NCBI GenBank assembly: GCA_964525755.1 | Contig: CAZGIK010000004.1 | Location: 16,170 to 80,169, forward strand | Direction of reading: 5' to 3' | Source: an uncultured Verrucomicrobiota bacterium | Lineage (GTDB): Bacteria > Verrucomicrobiota > Verrucomicrobiia > Limisphaerales > UBA9464 | Length of the DNA stretch: 64,000 nucleotides | In this document: positions 28,501 to 36,400 of the stretch, piece by piece | Layout of the letters: every line of letters begins with the position of its first letter | Numbering within the stretch: position 1 is the stretch's first letter | Position numbers and translations under genes: made by a program | The notes under the pieces: generated by a model | Told to the model about the DNA's origin: nothing | Database searches by the model: none | The model's input: only the letters and a program-made list of their open reading frames with translations

Positions 28501-30877
28501 CCTCCGCGTCCAACCGGGCGAGGATCGACGCGATGCGGTCCGGGTGGAACGTCGTCGAGAGGTGGACCGCGTAGCGCTGGGCGAGGAACTGGCGGAAGCC
28601 GCTGTTGGCCGTCATCGCGGCGAACAGCGGATCGTCCGCCTTCATGTTGTCGATGAGCGAACTCGACAGGTTGTTCAGGTTGAAGCCGCGGTCGAGGTCG
28701 GGAATCACCCAGCGCCACCGCGCCCCGGGCTCACGGGCCCGCCAGAATTCCCGGTTGTGCCGCCAGCTGGTGTTGTTGACGAAGTCCTCGACCGCCACGT
28801 AGTCGGCGTAGCTCGCCACGTCGACCCGGGCCTCGACCCGGGCGTATTGGGCGGGATCGGACAGGTTGTTGGTCCGCACCAGGGCCAGCAGGTCCCGGTA
28901 GGCGTCGGCATCGCCGGTCTGCACCACCAGGCTCACCACGTTGCCGATGGTGTGGGCGTACTCGAGGTAGTCGTAGCCGTCGGACGGCAACCGGTGGCGG
29001 TTGGCGAAGTACAGGGCGTCGAGCTTCTCCCGCAGGTTGTAGATCCCCCAGTAGGCGCCGTTGATGTAGCCCGCCACCGGACGGTAGTCCTGCACGTCGT
29101 TGTCCATCTGCCCGCGCACGATCGACGGGGTCATGGCGTCCCGCAGCATCAGCTGCGGCCAGTCGTCGCCGCCGTTGCGGAGGACGAACTCGCTGAACCG
29201 GCCGACCTTGCGGCCGGGATACACCGGATGCGCCACGACGTCGTCCCCATACCGCCCCCGCAGCGTCACCGTCAGCGGCTTCTGCGGGAACCGCCAGATG
29301 TTCTCCCCGGCGATCTTCACCCCCGCGTTCACACCGAACCCGCCCCCGCCCGCGGGCTCATGGAATTCGAGGTGGACCGGTGCCTCCCGCCCCTTGTGCA
29401 CGTTGTCGTAGATGGCGATGTCCGTCCCGAAGAACAGGGCGGGCTCGACGGCGACCGACACCACCGGCAGCGGACGCACGGGCTCGTCGACGAAGTAGGT
29501 GTGGGTGCCGACCGGACCCGGCGCCCGACCGGGCACGAAGGTCCGGGCGCGGAGGACCGTGGTCGCCCCGATCTCCAGCGGTTCCCCGTAGGCGGGCGAG
29601 TCCCCGGTGGGAACCGAGCCGTCCCGGGTGTACCGGATCACCGCGCCCGGCGACGGGGCCGACAGCGTCACGCTCCAGGTCCCCTCCCGGAATCCCCCCG
29701 GCGGGACGAAGGACACCGGGTCCGATGGACGGAGTTCCGTCACGGCCGACGTCCGGTTGGCCGCGCCGGGCGTCGGCTCGCCGAAGAACACCCACTCGCC
29801 GGTGTCCGGATCGCGTCCCATGGAGATGTCCGGGTACTGCTGGCCGAAGGTCACGCTGTCGACCACGGCCACGGTCCCCTCCAGCCGACGGGCCACCAGT
29901 TCGAGCTCGAACGTGAGGTCGGAACTGCCGGCCGTCCGCTGATGCACCTCCACGGCGAGCACGTTGACCCCGGGACGCAGCCATTCCGGGTCGATGGCCA
30001 GGGTGTCGAAGACCCCCTCGATCGAGGTGTTGCTCGCAAAGGTCAGGTGGTTCACCGGCCCGGGCGGCATCCGCACCCGTCCCACCTCGACCCCGTTCAG
30101 GTGGACCACCGCCCCGTCGTCGGCGAGCAGGCGCAGGTCGACCTGCTGTAGGGAGCCCGGATCGGCCACGTCGAACCGTCGACGGAAGTAGGCCGCCGGG
30201 TGCTTGCTGACGGAACTCGGGCCGTGGCTGATCACCGTGGCCTCGTCCCCGTCGCCATACCCGAGCGGCGCCGGTCCCTCGGCCCACGACGCATCGTTGA
30301 AGCCCGCCTCCGTCCAGCCCGGACCGGGGTCCAGTCCGAGGTCGTTGTACCGCCAGACCGAACCGGCCGGCACCAGCGTCACCGGGTCGATCCGTCCCTC
30401 GAACCGGAACAGTCCCAACGCCTCGCCCTCGGCGGACAGCCGGAACGGGGCGTGGTGACGTCTGGTGACAAACGACGACCACGGCGAGAATTCCCTTCGG
30501 AAGGTCTCCCCGGGTCCGGCATTGAACCCGTCGGCCCGGACCACCAGGTAGCCCCCGGCCGCGATGCGCGTCCCCGCGGGGAACGGCCAGCGGGTGGGAC
30601 TGGCGAGGTCGTCGGTCAGGTAATACCCGTCGAGATCGACCTCCGTCCCCCCCGCGTTGTGGATCTCCACCCAGTCGGAGTAGTCGTCGAAATCGACGTT
30701 GTCCGGGGCGATGGTGACGTTGGAGGCGAGGAACTCGTTCAGGCGGAGGACCGGTCCGGCGGGCGCGGCCCCGGTGCCCGGGACCGCCGTCGCCAGGGCG
30801 ACGAGCAGCATCGCGAGCGCCCGCAACACCCGGGACACGGTCGGGATGGAGCCCGGTGCCTGACAGGGAATTGTCAC
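25598..30877 (-). CDS. Large secreted protein: lamin-tail domain (LTD) - CotH kinase-like - right-handed beta-helix - 2x LTD - acidic C-terminal module
   Basis: LTD signatures LNEFLASN..DWVEIHNAG..VDLDGYYLTDD, INEVLARGG..DWIELHNAG..VDIGGWYLSD and ISEVMYHPP..EYVELVNL. CotH-like block YRPVAGYINGAYWGIYNLREKLD..NREFW..IPDLDRGF. Beta-helix-like repeats (GINVKQG.., IRDNRIHS.., VEGNVIFNN.., LRHNLIVG..). C-terminal DDDPDGDDLPNLVEYALGT. Confidence 0.8.
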   Translation of the reverse strand: MTIPCQAPGSIPTVSRVLRALAMLLVALATAVPGTGAAPAGPVLRLNEFLASNVTIAPDNVDFDDYSDWVEIHNAGGTEVDLDGYYLTDDLASPTRWPFPAGTRIAAGGYLVVRADGFNAGPGETFRREFSPWSSFVTRRHHAPFRLSAEGEALGLFRFEGRIDPVTLVPAGSVWRYNDLGLDPGPGWTEAGFNDASWAEGPAPLGYGDGDEATVISHGPSSVSKHPAAYFRRRFDVADPGSLQQVDLRLLADDGAVVHLNGVEVGRVRMPPGPVNHLTFASNTSIEGVFDTLAIDPEWLRPGVNVLAVEVHQRTAGSSDLTFELELVARRLEGTVAVVDSVTFGQQYPDISMGRDPDTGEWVFFGEPTPGAANRTSAVTELRPSDPVSFVPPGGFREGTWSVTLSAPSPGAVIRYTRDGSVPTGDSPAYGEPLEIGATTVLRARTFVPGRAPGPVGTHTYFVDEPVRPLPVVSVAVEPALFFGTDIAIYDNVHKGREAPVHLEFHEPAGGGGFGVNAGVKIAGENIWRFPQKPLTVTLRGRYGDDVVAHPVYPGRKVGRFSEFVLRNGGDDWPQLMLRDAMTPSIVRGQMDNDVQDYRPVAGYINGAYWGIYNLREKLDALYFANRHRLPSDGYDYLEYAHTIGNVVSLVVQTGDADAYRDLLALVRTNNLSDPAQYARVEARVDVASYADYVAVEDFVNNTSWRHNREFWRAREPGARWRWVIPDLDRGFNLNNLSSSLIDNMKADDPLFAAMTANSGFRQFLAQRYAVHLSTTFHPDRIASILARLDAEVDPEIDRHIARWGTRGGFASRSVREGEMQEIRQFAAGRANGVLAGIANHLGISGTSMLGLEIDPPAGGRLRLHGVPFLPEYTNAVRVFPGLPLELEAEPAPGFRFAGWSDGSTAGPRRTLVGRSDFQLRAGFVPTGEQVLPLVIAADTTLGPAGAVYLAKGTVEVPPGVTLTIGEGVTVRLPPAADLRVHGALRVAGTAAAPVRFEALTPGRPWGAIAIVDATGPSVLSHVVVRDASLGNDPVNEVAAVSNLRSDVRIDHANIETPFPVFARGGSTTLLDSRIHIQFTGDGINVKQGAGRVERCTFTGAASPDTDAIDFDGVVDGVIRDNRIHSFRGPNSDGIDVGEGCVNLLVEGNVIFNNSDKGVSVGQGSHVILRHNLIVGCALGVGIKDTGSLAVIDGNTFARNDTAVAVYEKNLLDGGGSAQIANSIFSRSRDVPVDVDALSVAVVRYSMSDTLPLSGEANLLADPLFTDAAGYDFSLRPGSPAIDAGDPAHAPDPDGSRVDLGAGYVFDPADYPFLPPGVIVINEVLARGGGTDGDWIELHNAGAVPVDIGGWYLSDSGPDPYKYRIADGTVLPGGGYRVFREAETFGAPGRDPGCLTPFALGADGDTVRLLGPGGGLVPDYLETEEFGASRPDESLGRHYKASTRTYNFVALSAPTPGAANAAPRVGPVVISEVMYHPPGDGAAEYVELVNLAGSPVTLFDPASGEPWRFTGGIEFLFPIDPPLTLPPGGRVLLVRDRTAFGQAYAVPQGTTILEWEGGGLSNSGETLELSEPGGPGSDGIRRFVRVDRVNYSDSFPWPVAADGAGSALVRRLETAYGNDVANWRAAPPSPAWSTGPAGFADWVAVQSLPAGLDGPDDDPDGDDLPNLVEYALGTLPLVAGPGPAPRVSPFGDRVELEVPLALGLEDLEIGVLGSVGLTADGWTPVDGAVRVPRAGGQMLRLGVTSDAGQGFFRLTFRRR

Positions 30878-30940
30878 GAACCGGATGCTCGGGTGTGACG
30901 ATTTGCGGTCAAGTCCCGTCCGGTCCGGCGAAGACGCCGG

Positions 30941-31687
30941 TCAGCGCCACCAGACGGCCAGCGCGGGGCCGATCACGAGGGCGGGCAGGTAGTTGGCGAG
31001 GGGAACCTTCCGGACCCCCAGGACCACGGGCACGGCGGTCATCAGCAGCAGGCCCGTCTGGACCAGGGCCGGCTCGAGCAGGGCCCGACGTTCCATCCAC
31101 GGGACCAGATACGCCAGGGCGGTCACCAGGCTCCCCTGCCAGACGGCAACGCCCAGCAGGACGAGCGGCAGGTGACGCACCGCCGGCGCCGGCAGGCCCA
31201 GGAGGGAAAGCGACTCGATCACCCCCTTGAGGACCAGCGGACGCCAGTCCGCCCCGAGGCCCTGGGCGGCGCAGCCGAGCCAGGCGAGCGGCGAGACGGC
31301 GAGGAGGCGGAACAGGTCCCACGCCCTCCCCTCCCCCCCCGCCGCGGCGGAATGTCCCCACAGCCGGGCGGCATCGCGTCCGACGCGGTTCGAGAGGGTC
31401 TGGAGCCGGAGGAGTCGTCCGACGACGTTCCCCGCGACCAGGGCCGCCATCCCGATGGCGAGCTGCCGCAGGACGGCCGCCGGGCCGTTGCCGAGGTGGA
31501 ATCCCACGAGGGTCACGCCGACGTACAGGACCCCGAAGCCGAGGAACATCTGCCAGGACCGCTGACGCGACACCGGCACGCCCGGGCTTCCCCGGGCGGC
31601 GCGCACCGCGGCGACCGCCAGCAATGCGGCATGGACCCAGACCCCCGTCACGCCGCAAACCCTCCCCGTTTCCCTCCCGGGGCTCAA
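30941..31687 (-). CDS. Polytopic inner-membrane protein, possibly DUF554 family
   Basis: 248 aa with ~6-7 hydrophobic segments (FLGFGVLYVGVTLVGF, LAIGMAALVAGNVV, LLAVSPLAWLGCAA, LPLVLLGVAVWQGSLVTALAYLV, LLLMTAVPVVLGV). Family assignment is from overall layout only; start is uncertain. Confidence 0.5.
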   Translation of the reverse strand: MSPGRETGRVCGVTGVWVHAALLAVAAVRAARGSPGVPVSRQRSWQMFLGFGVLYVGVTLVGFHLGNGPAAVLRQLAIGMAALVAGNVVGRLLRLQTLSNRVGRDAARLWGHSAAAGGEGRAWDLFRLLAVSPLAWLGCAAQGLGADWRPLVLKGVIESLSLLGLPAPAVRHLPLVLLGVAVWQGSLVTALAYLVPWMERRALLEPALVQTGLLLMTAVPVVLGVRKVPLANYLPALVIGPALAVWWR

Positions 31688-31726
31688 TGGAGATCCGGCC
31701 GGCGCGACGCCCCCCGGGGTGCCCGG

Positions 31727-33199
31727 TCAGCCCCGCGGCTTCAGCTGGGGGAACAGGATCACGTCGCGGATGCTCTCCTGTCCCAGGAGCATCATGCAGA
31801 GGCGGTCGATGCCGATGCCGATGCCGCCCGCCGGGGGCATTCCGTGCTCGAGGGCGACGAGGAAGTCCTCGTCGAGCTTCTGCTGCTCGCCGCCCGCCTG
31901 GGACTCGAGCCGTTCCCGCTGCTCCACCGGGTCGTTCTGCTCGGTGTAGCCGGGGGAGATCTCCTGGCCGTTGATGCAGCACTCGAACACCTCGACCGTG
32001 GTGGGATCCTCCGGCGACAGCTTGGCCAGCGGCACCAGTTCACGCGGCAGGTGGGTGACGAAGGTCGGCTGGATCAGGGTCGGCTCCACCAGCTTCTCGA
32101 ACACCGCGCCGGTCACCTCGAAATCCTCGTACCCGGCGGCGATGTCCCCGCCCAGCTTCAGATCCTCGACCGCGCGGCGGCGACGTTCCTCCGGGGTGAG
32201 GCGGAACCAGTCGTCGCCGGCCTTCTCCCGGACGAGGTCCTTGTACCGGGCGCGGCGCCAGGTGGTGAGGTCGATGGTCTTGTAGACCTGTCCCTCGGGG
32301 TTCCGGTGCTCGATGACCAGCGTCCCGAGGACGCTGAGGGCGACGTGCTGGATGAGCGACTCGACGGTTTCCATCATGCTCGCGTAGTCCCCGTAGGCCT
32401 CGTAGGCCTCGAGCATGGTGAACTCCGGGTTGTGGCGCCGCGACAGGCCCTCGTTGCGGAAGTTGCGGCCGATCTCGAACACCTTGTCGATCCCGCCCAC
32501 CAGCAGGCGCTTGAGGTACAGCTCGAGGGCGATCCGGAGGTAGAAGTCGCAGCCGAGGGCGTTGTGGAAGGTCTTGAACGGCTGCGCCGCGGCCCCGCCC
32601 GGGATGGCCTGCATCATCGGGGTCTCCACCTCCACGTAGCCGCGCCCGTGGAAGAAGGCGCGGATCTCGCGGATCACCGCCGACCGGAGCAGGAAGGTCT
32701 TCCGGACCTCGTCGTTGGCGATCAGGTCGAGGTAGCGCTGGCGGTAGCGGGTCTCGGTGTCCTCCAGTCCGTGCCACTTGCCCGGGGGCGGCCGCAGCGC
32801 CTTGGCGAGGACGGTGAAGGTCTCGACCTTGACGCTCGGCTCGCCGCTCCGGGTGCGGAACAGGGTGCCGGTCACCCCCACGAAATCCGCCAGGTCGAGG
32901 TGCCGGAAAATGTCGTAGGCCTCCTCGCCGAGGGTCTGCTTCTGGGCGTAGACCTGGATCCGGCCCGAGCCGTCGCGGAGGTCGAGGAACTGGCTCTTCC
33001 CCATGTCCCGATGGGCGGTGATCCGTCCGGCGATCGCCACGGGCGCCCCCTCGTCGAGGGCCCCCGCCTCGAACCGTTCCCGGGCGGTGCCGCAGCCGGT
33101 GCCCGGGGTGAACTTGTTCATGAAGGGGTTCACGCCCCGGGCCCGCAGCCCCGCGAGCTTGGCCTTGCGCTGTTCGATCAGGGAATTGGTGTCGTCCAT
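31727..33199 (-). CDS. lysS: Lysine--tRNA ligase, class II
   Basis: In-frame ATG at 33199 gives MDDTNSLIEQRKAKLAGLRARGVNPF. Motif 2 FRNEGLSRRHNPEFTMLE; motif 3 GMPPAGGIGIGIDRLCMML. The 54 upstream codons of track ORF 31727..33361 are Arg/Gly/Trp filler. Confidence 0.9.
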   Translation of the reverse strand: MDDTNSLIEQRKAKLAGLRARGVNPFMNKFTPGTGCGTARERFEAGALDEGAPVAIAGRITAHRDMGKSQFLDLRDGSGRIQVYAQKQTLGEEAYDIFRHLDLADFVGVTGTLFRTRSGEPSVKVETFTVLAKALRPPPGKWHGLEDTETRYRQRYLDLIANDEVRKTFLLRSAVIREIRAFFHGRGYVEVETPMMQAIPGGAAAQPFKTFHNALGCDFYLRIALELYLKRLLVGGIDKVFEIGRNFRNEGLSRRHNPEFTMLEAYEAYGDYASMMETVESLIQHVALSVLGTLVIEHRNPEGQVYKTIDLTTWRRARYKDLVREKAGDDWFRLTPEERRRRAVEDLKLGGDIAAGYEDFEVTGAVFEKLVEPTLIQPTFVTHLPRELVPLAKLSPEDPTTVEVFECCINGQEISPGYTEQNDPVEQRERLESQAGGEQQKLDEDFLVALEHGMPPAGGIGIGIDRLCMMLLGQESIRDVILFPQLKPRG

Positions 33200-33336
33200 C
33201 ACCGGGCGCGGATGGAACCACGCCGCTCCCGGCCACGGCAAGCACCGCCCCACCCGGCGCCCGACCCGCACGCCGCCCCGCGTTTTCACCCAGGCGTGAC
33301 CGGGACGTCCCCGTTCCGACGTCATCCGCGGCCAGC

Positions 33337-34146
33337 GTGAACCCCGTGGTCGAGATCGCATCGGCTCCCCTCCCGAACCGGACCGGCCCGGCCCGCCCGG
33401 ACGGGTGTCCGCCGGTGAGGGTCCGACGGACGGTCCGCAACGTGGTCCGGACCGTCCTTCTCGGGCTCGGGCACCGGATCCTGTCGGTCGACGACCCGGT
33501 GGGCGTGGCCGGCCTCCCCGACCCGCTGCTGTTCGCCATCAACCACAGCCAGCGGTTGGAGGCGTTGCTGGTGCCGTCTTGGCTGATCGCCACGCGCGGG
33601 TTCCGGCCGGTGCATTTCCTCCAGGACTGGAACTTCCAGCTGATCCCCGGCCTGGCGTGGATCCTCCGGCTGAACGATCCGATCCTGGTCGACCGCAAGC
33701 CGGCCCGGCCCGCCTGGCTGAACCGGTTCCGTCCCCGCATCACCGATCCCCGGCCCGCCATGGAACAGGCCCGGATCCGCCTCGCGGCCGGCGCCTCGGT
33801 GGGGGTGTTCCCCGAGGGCACCATCAACCGCCGGCCCGATGTCCTGCTGCGCGGCCTCACCGGCACGGCCCGCCTGTCGGTGGCCACCGGCGTGCCGATC
33901 CTGCCCATCGGCCTCCGCTTCCCGCGGCACCGAGGCACGGGGCCCATCTCCGATCTGGAACCGTTCTCGATCCACGTCGGCCGGCCCCTGAACCCGCCGT
34001 CCGATCCGGGTCCCGACGCCACGACCGCCGTCCATCACCGATTGATGTCCGAACTGGCCCGTCTCTCCGGACGGAGCTGGAGTCCGGACCACCCACGCAC
34101 CCATCGCCATGAAAGAACTCAGCCACCTGTCCGTCGTCCGGATTGA
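33337..34146 (+). CDS. Lysophospholipid/glycerol-3-phosphate acyltransferase-family protein (PlsC/OlsA-like)
   Basis: Acyltransferase block I-like FAINHSQRLEA (H-x4-D/E) and block III-like VGVFPEGTINR, plus later ..ILPIGLRF. GTG start at 33337 is uncertain; there is no early ATG. Confidence 0.7.
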   Translation: MNPVVEIASAPLPNRTGPARPDGCPPVRVRRTVRNVVRTVLLGLGHRILSVDDPVGVAGLPDPLLFAINHSQRLEALLVPSWLIATRGFRPVHFLQDWNFQLIPGLAWILRLNDPILVDRKPARPAWLNRFRPRITDPRPAMEQARIRLAAGASVGVFPEGTINRRPDVLLRGLTGTARLSVATGVPILPIGLRFPRHRGTGPISDLEPFSIHVGRPLNPPSDPGPDATTAVHHRLMSELARLSGRSWSPDHPRTHRHERTQPPVRRPD

Positions 34147-34795
34147 GGACGACTGGGGCCGGGCCCTCGCGCTCTCGGTCCTCCGCGCCACCTACCGCGA
34201 CGAGAAGGCCTGGATCGGGGACGATGCCCGGCTGCTGGACCCGGAGGAGGTCCGACGCCGGGACGTCTCCTGGTTCGTGGCCCTGGTGGATTCGCAACCC
34301 GCCGGCGTCCTGCGGGTGCTCTACAACCCGCCGCTGGGACTGTATGCCACCTACCAGTTCCAGATGCTGGACGACGGGTTCGACCTCGGGGACTTCATCC
34401 AGAACCGGCGCGTCGCCGAGATCGGCCGCTTTGCGGTCATGCCGGACCAGCGGTCGACCTTCCTCGTCGCCGCCGCCCTGATGCGGGAGGCGGTCCGCGA
34501 CACGGTCCGGCGCGGATTCGACCACTACGTGACCGATGTCTTCGAGGGGGAACGGCACAGTCCCCTCGGGTTCCACCAGCGCGTTCTCGGCTTCCGGCCG
34601 GTCGCCACCCATGACGTCGGGGAACTGAACTGCCCGAACCGCCGGATCACCCTCGTGCTCGACATTCCGACGGCCTATCAGCGGCTGGAGGCCGGCGGTG
34701 GATGGCTCTTCCGGTACCTCACCGAGGATTGGGACGAGTCGCTGCACCGGAAGCTGTCGGCCGTGACGTCCGCGCCCGCCACCGCCTCCGCGTGA
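34109..34795 (+). CDS. GNAT-fold N-acyltransferase (N-acyl amino acid synthase / OlsB-like)
   Basis: 228 aa. LRATYRDEKAW.., VALVDSQPAGVLRVLY, ..RRVAEIGRFAVMPDQRS.. resemble the Acetyltransf_5/FeeM/OlsB-type pattern (E-x-S/G-R-x-A/C-V). The ATG at 34109 overlaps the upstream acyltransferase gene by 38 nt. Confidence 0.6.
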   Translation: MKELSHLSVVRIEDDWGRALALSVLRATYRDEKAWIGDDARLLDPEEVRRRDVSWFVALVDSQPAGVLRVLYNPPLGLYATYQFQMLDDGFDLGDFIQNRRVAEIGRFAVMPDQRSTFLVAAALMREAVRDTVRRGFDHYVTDVFEGERHSPLGFHQRVLGFRPVATHDVGELNCPNRRITLVLDIPTAYQRLEAGGGWLFRYLTEDWDESLHRKLSAVTSAPATASA

Positions 34796-34853
34796 CCGCC
34801 CTCGTCCGGCCGCCGCCCCGCGTCTCCACCTGCTCGAGACCGCGGCGTCCCGG

Positions 34854-36368
34854 TCAGGTGTCCGCCGGCGCGCGTACCCGGGCGAACATGTCGAGGCACC
34901 GCTGACGCTGCGTGGCGTGGTCGACGACCGGCCGGGGATACCCGGTCCGTCCCAGCCAGAGCGGATCCTCCCACGGCGCGTGCAGCACCGCGTCGGGCAC
35001 CCCGCTGAGTTCGGGGATCCAGCGCCGGATGAACCGGCCCTCGGGGTCGAACTTCCGTCCCTGGGTCACCGGATTGAAGATGCGGAAGTAGGGCGCCGCG
35101 TCGGTGCCGGTGCCGGCGCTCCACTGCCAGCCGCCGTTGTTCGCCGCGAGGTCGCCGTCGACCAGCCGCCGCATGAACCACCGCTCCCCCCGCTGCCACG
35201 ACACCAGCAGGTCCTTGGTGAGGAACATCGCGGTGATCATCCGCAGCCGGTTGTGCATCCAGCCGGTGGCCGACAGGCAGCGCATCGCCGCGTCCACGAT
35301 GGGATACCCCGTCCGCCCCGCGCACCAGGCGTCGAACCGTTCGTCCCCGCCCTCCCATTCCAGCGCGTCATACTCCGGACGGAAGCATCGGGTGGCGACA
35401 TGCGGATGGTTGGCGAGGACCTGGATGTAGAACTCCCGCCAGACCAGTTCCGACAGCCAGACGTCGCAGCCCTTGACCGCCGCCGGGGCCTCCCCGGCCG
35501 ACGCGCGGGCGCGTTGCAGCCGCTGCAGGACCGTCCGGATGTTCACCGTGCCGAAGCGCAGGTGGGGTGAGAGGCGCGAGGTTCCCATGTCCTCCGCCGG
35601 GAAATCCCGCGCCGTGGCATAACGGGTCACCGGGCCGTCGAGGAAGGCGTCGAGTGCCGCCAGGCCGGCCCGTTCGCCCGCCGGGGGCAGGTCGGCCGGG
35701 GGCGGATGTCCCAGCGCCCCGGCATCGTCCAGGAGCGGCAGTGACGCGGGCAGCGGACCGTCACCCGGCCGTGCCGGGCCCAGGCGGGGCCGGGGATCGG
35801 GGATCGCCCGTTCCTTCCACGCCCGCGAGTAGGGGGTGAAGACCGTGAAAGGCCCGCCCGCCCGGGTGAGGATCTCCCGCTCCTCCCAGACCACCGAGTC
35901 CTTGAAGGTACGGAACTCGACGCCCGCCGTCGTCAGCGACTCGGACACCCGGGCATCGCGGGCCCGCGCGTAGGGCTCGTAGTCGCGGTTGGCGAAGACC
36001 GCCCCGGCGCCCGCCTCCCGGGCCAGTGTGGGCAGCACCTCCTCCGGCCGGCCGCGCCGCACCACCAGCCGGTGCCCGAGGGACGCCAGGTTCTGCTCCA
36101 GCGACCGCAGGGACCGGAGCAGGAACTCGACCCGCGCCGGACCCACGTCGGGGGCCTGGAGGATCGCGTCGTCCCAGACGAACACCGGCAGCACCCGCCC
36201 GCCCCGGCGGTCGGCCTCATGCAGCGCCGTGTTGTCGGACACCCGGAGATCCCGGCGGAACCAGTGGAGGATGGCCTTCAACGCCGCCGAGGCTACCACG
36301 ACACCCGGCGGTCCGCACGTCGCCGCGCGCGGGCTGGATCCGCTCCACCCCGGACGACCCGGCCGCAT
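34854..36368 (-). CDS. phr: Deoxyribodipyrimidine photolyase / cryptochrome family
   Basis: ILHWFRRDLRVSDNTAL.., WREFY, TGYPIVDAAMRCLSATGWMHNRLRMITAMFL, DGDLAANNGGWQWSAGTGTDAAPYFRIFNP. The N-terminal ~30 codons are uncertain. Confidence 0.85.
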   Translation of the reverse strand: MRPGRPGWSGSSPRAATCGPPGVVVASAALKAILHWFRRDLRVSDNTALHEADRRGGRVLPVFVWDDAILQAPDVGPARVEFLLRSLRSLEQNLASLGHRLVVRRGRPEEVLPTLAREAGAGAVFANRDYEPYARARDARVSESLTTAGVEFRTFKDSVVWEEREILTRAGGPFTVFTPYSRAWKERAIPDPRPRLGPARPGDGPLPASLPLLDDAGALGHPPPADLPPAGERAGLAALDAFLDGPVTRYATARDFPAEDMGTSRLSPHLRFGTVNIRTVLQRLQRARASAGEAPAAVKGCDVWLSELVWREFYIQVLANHPHVATRCFRPEYDALEWEGGDERFDAWCAGRTGYPIVDAAMRCLSATGWMHNRLRMITAMFLTKDLLVSWQRGERWFMRRLVDGDLAANNGGWQWSAGTGTDAAPYFRIFNPVTQGRKFDPEGRFIRRWIPELSGVPDAVLHAPWEDPLWLGRTGYPRPVVDHATQRQRCLDMFARVRAPADT

Positions 36369-36380
36369 GGGTCCGGCTCA

Positions 36381-36400
36381 GAGCTGTCCGCGGACAGCTC
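36381..36400. promoter_or_regulatory. Perfect 20-bp palindrome GAGCTGTCCGCGGACAGCTC in the 32-nt spacer between the DUF1501 stop and the photolyase start
   Basis: Read directly; it is its own reverse complement. It abuts stop codon 36401-36403 and lies 13 nt upstream of the phr ATG (36368). No T-tract. Confidence 0.35.
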
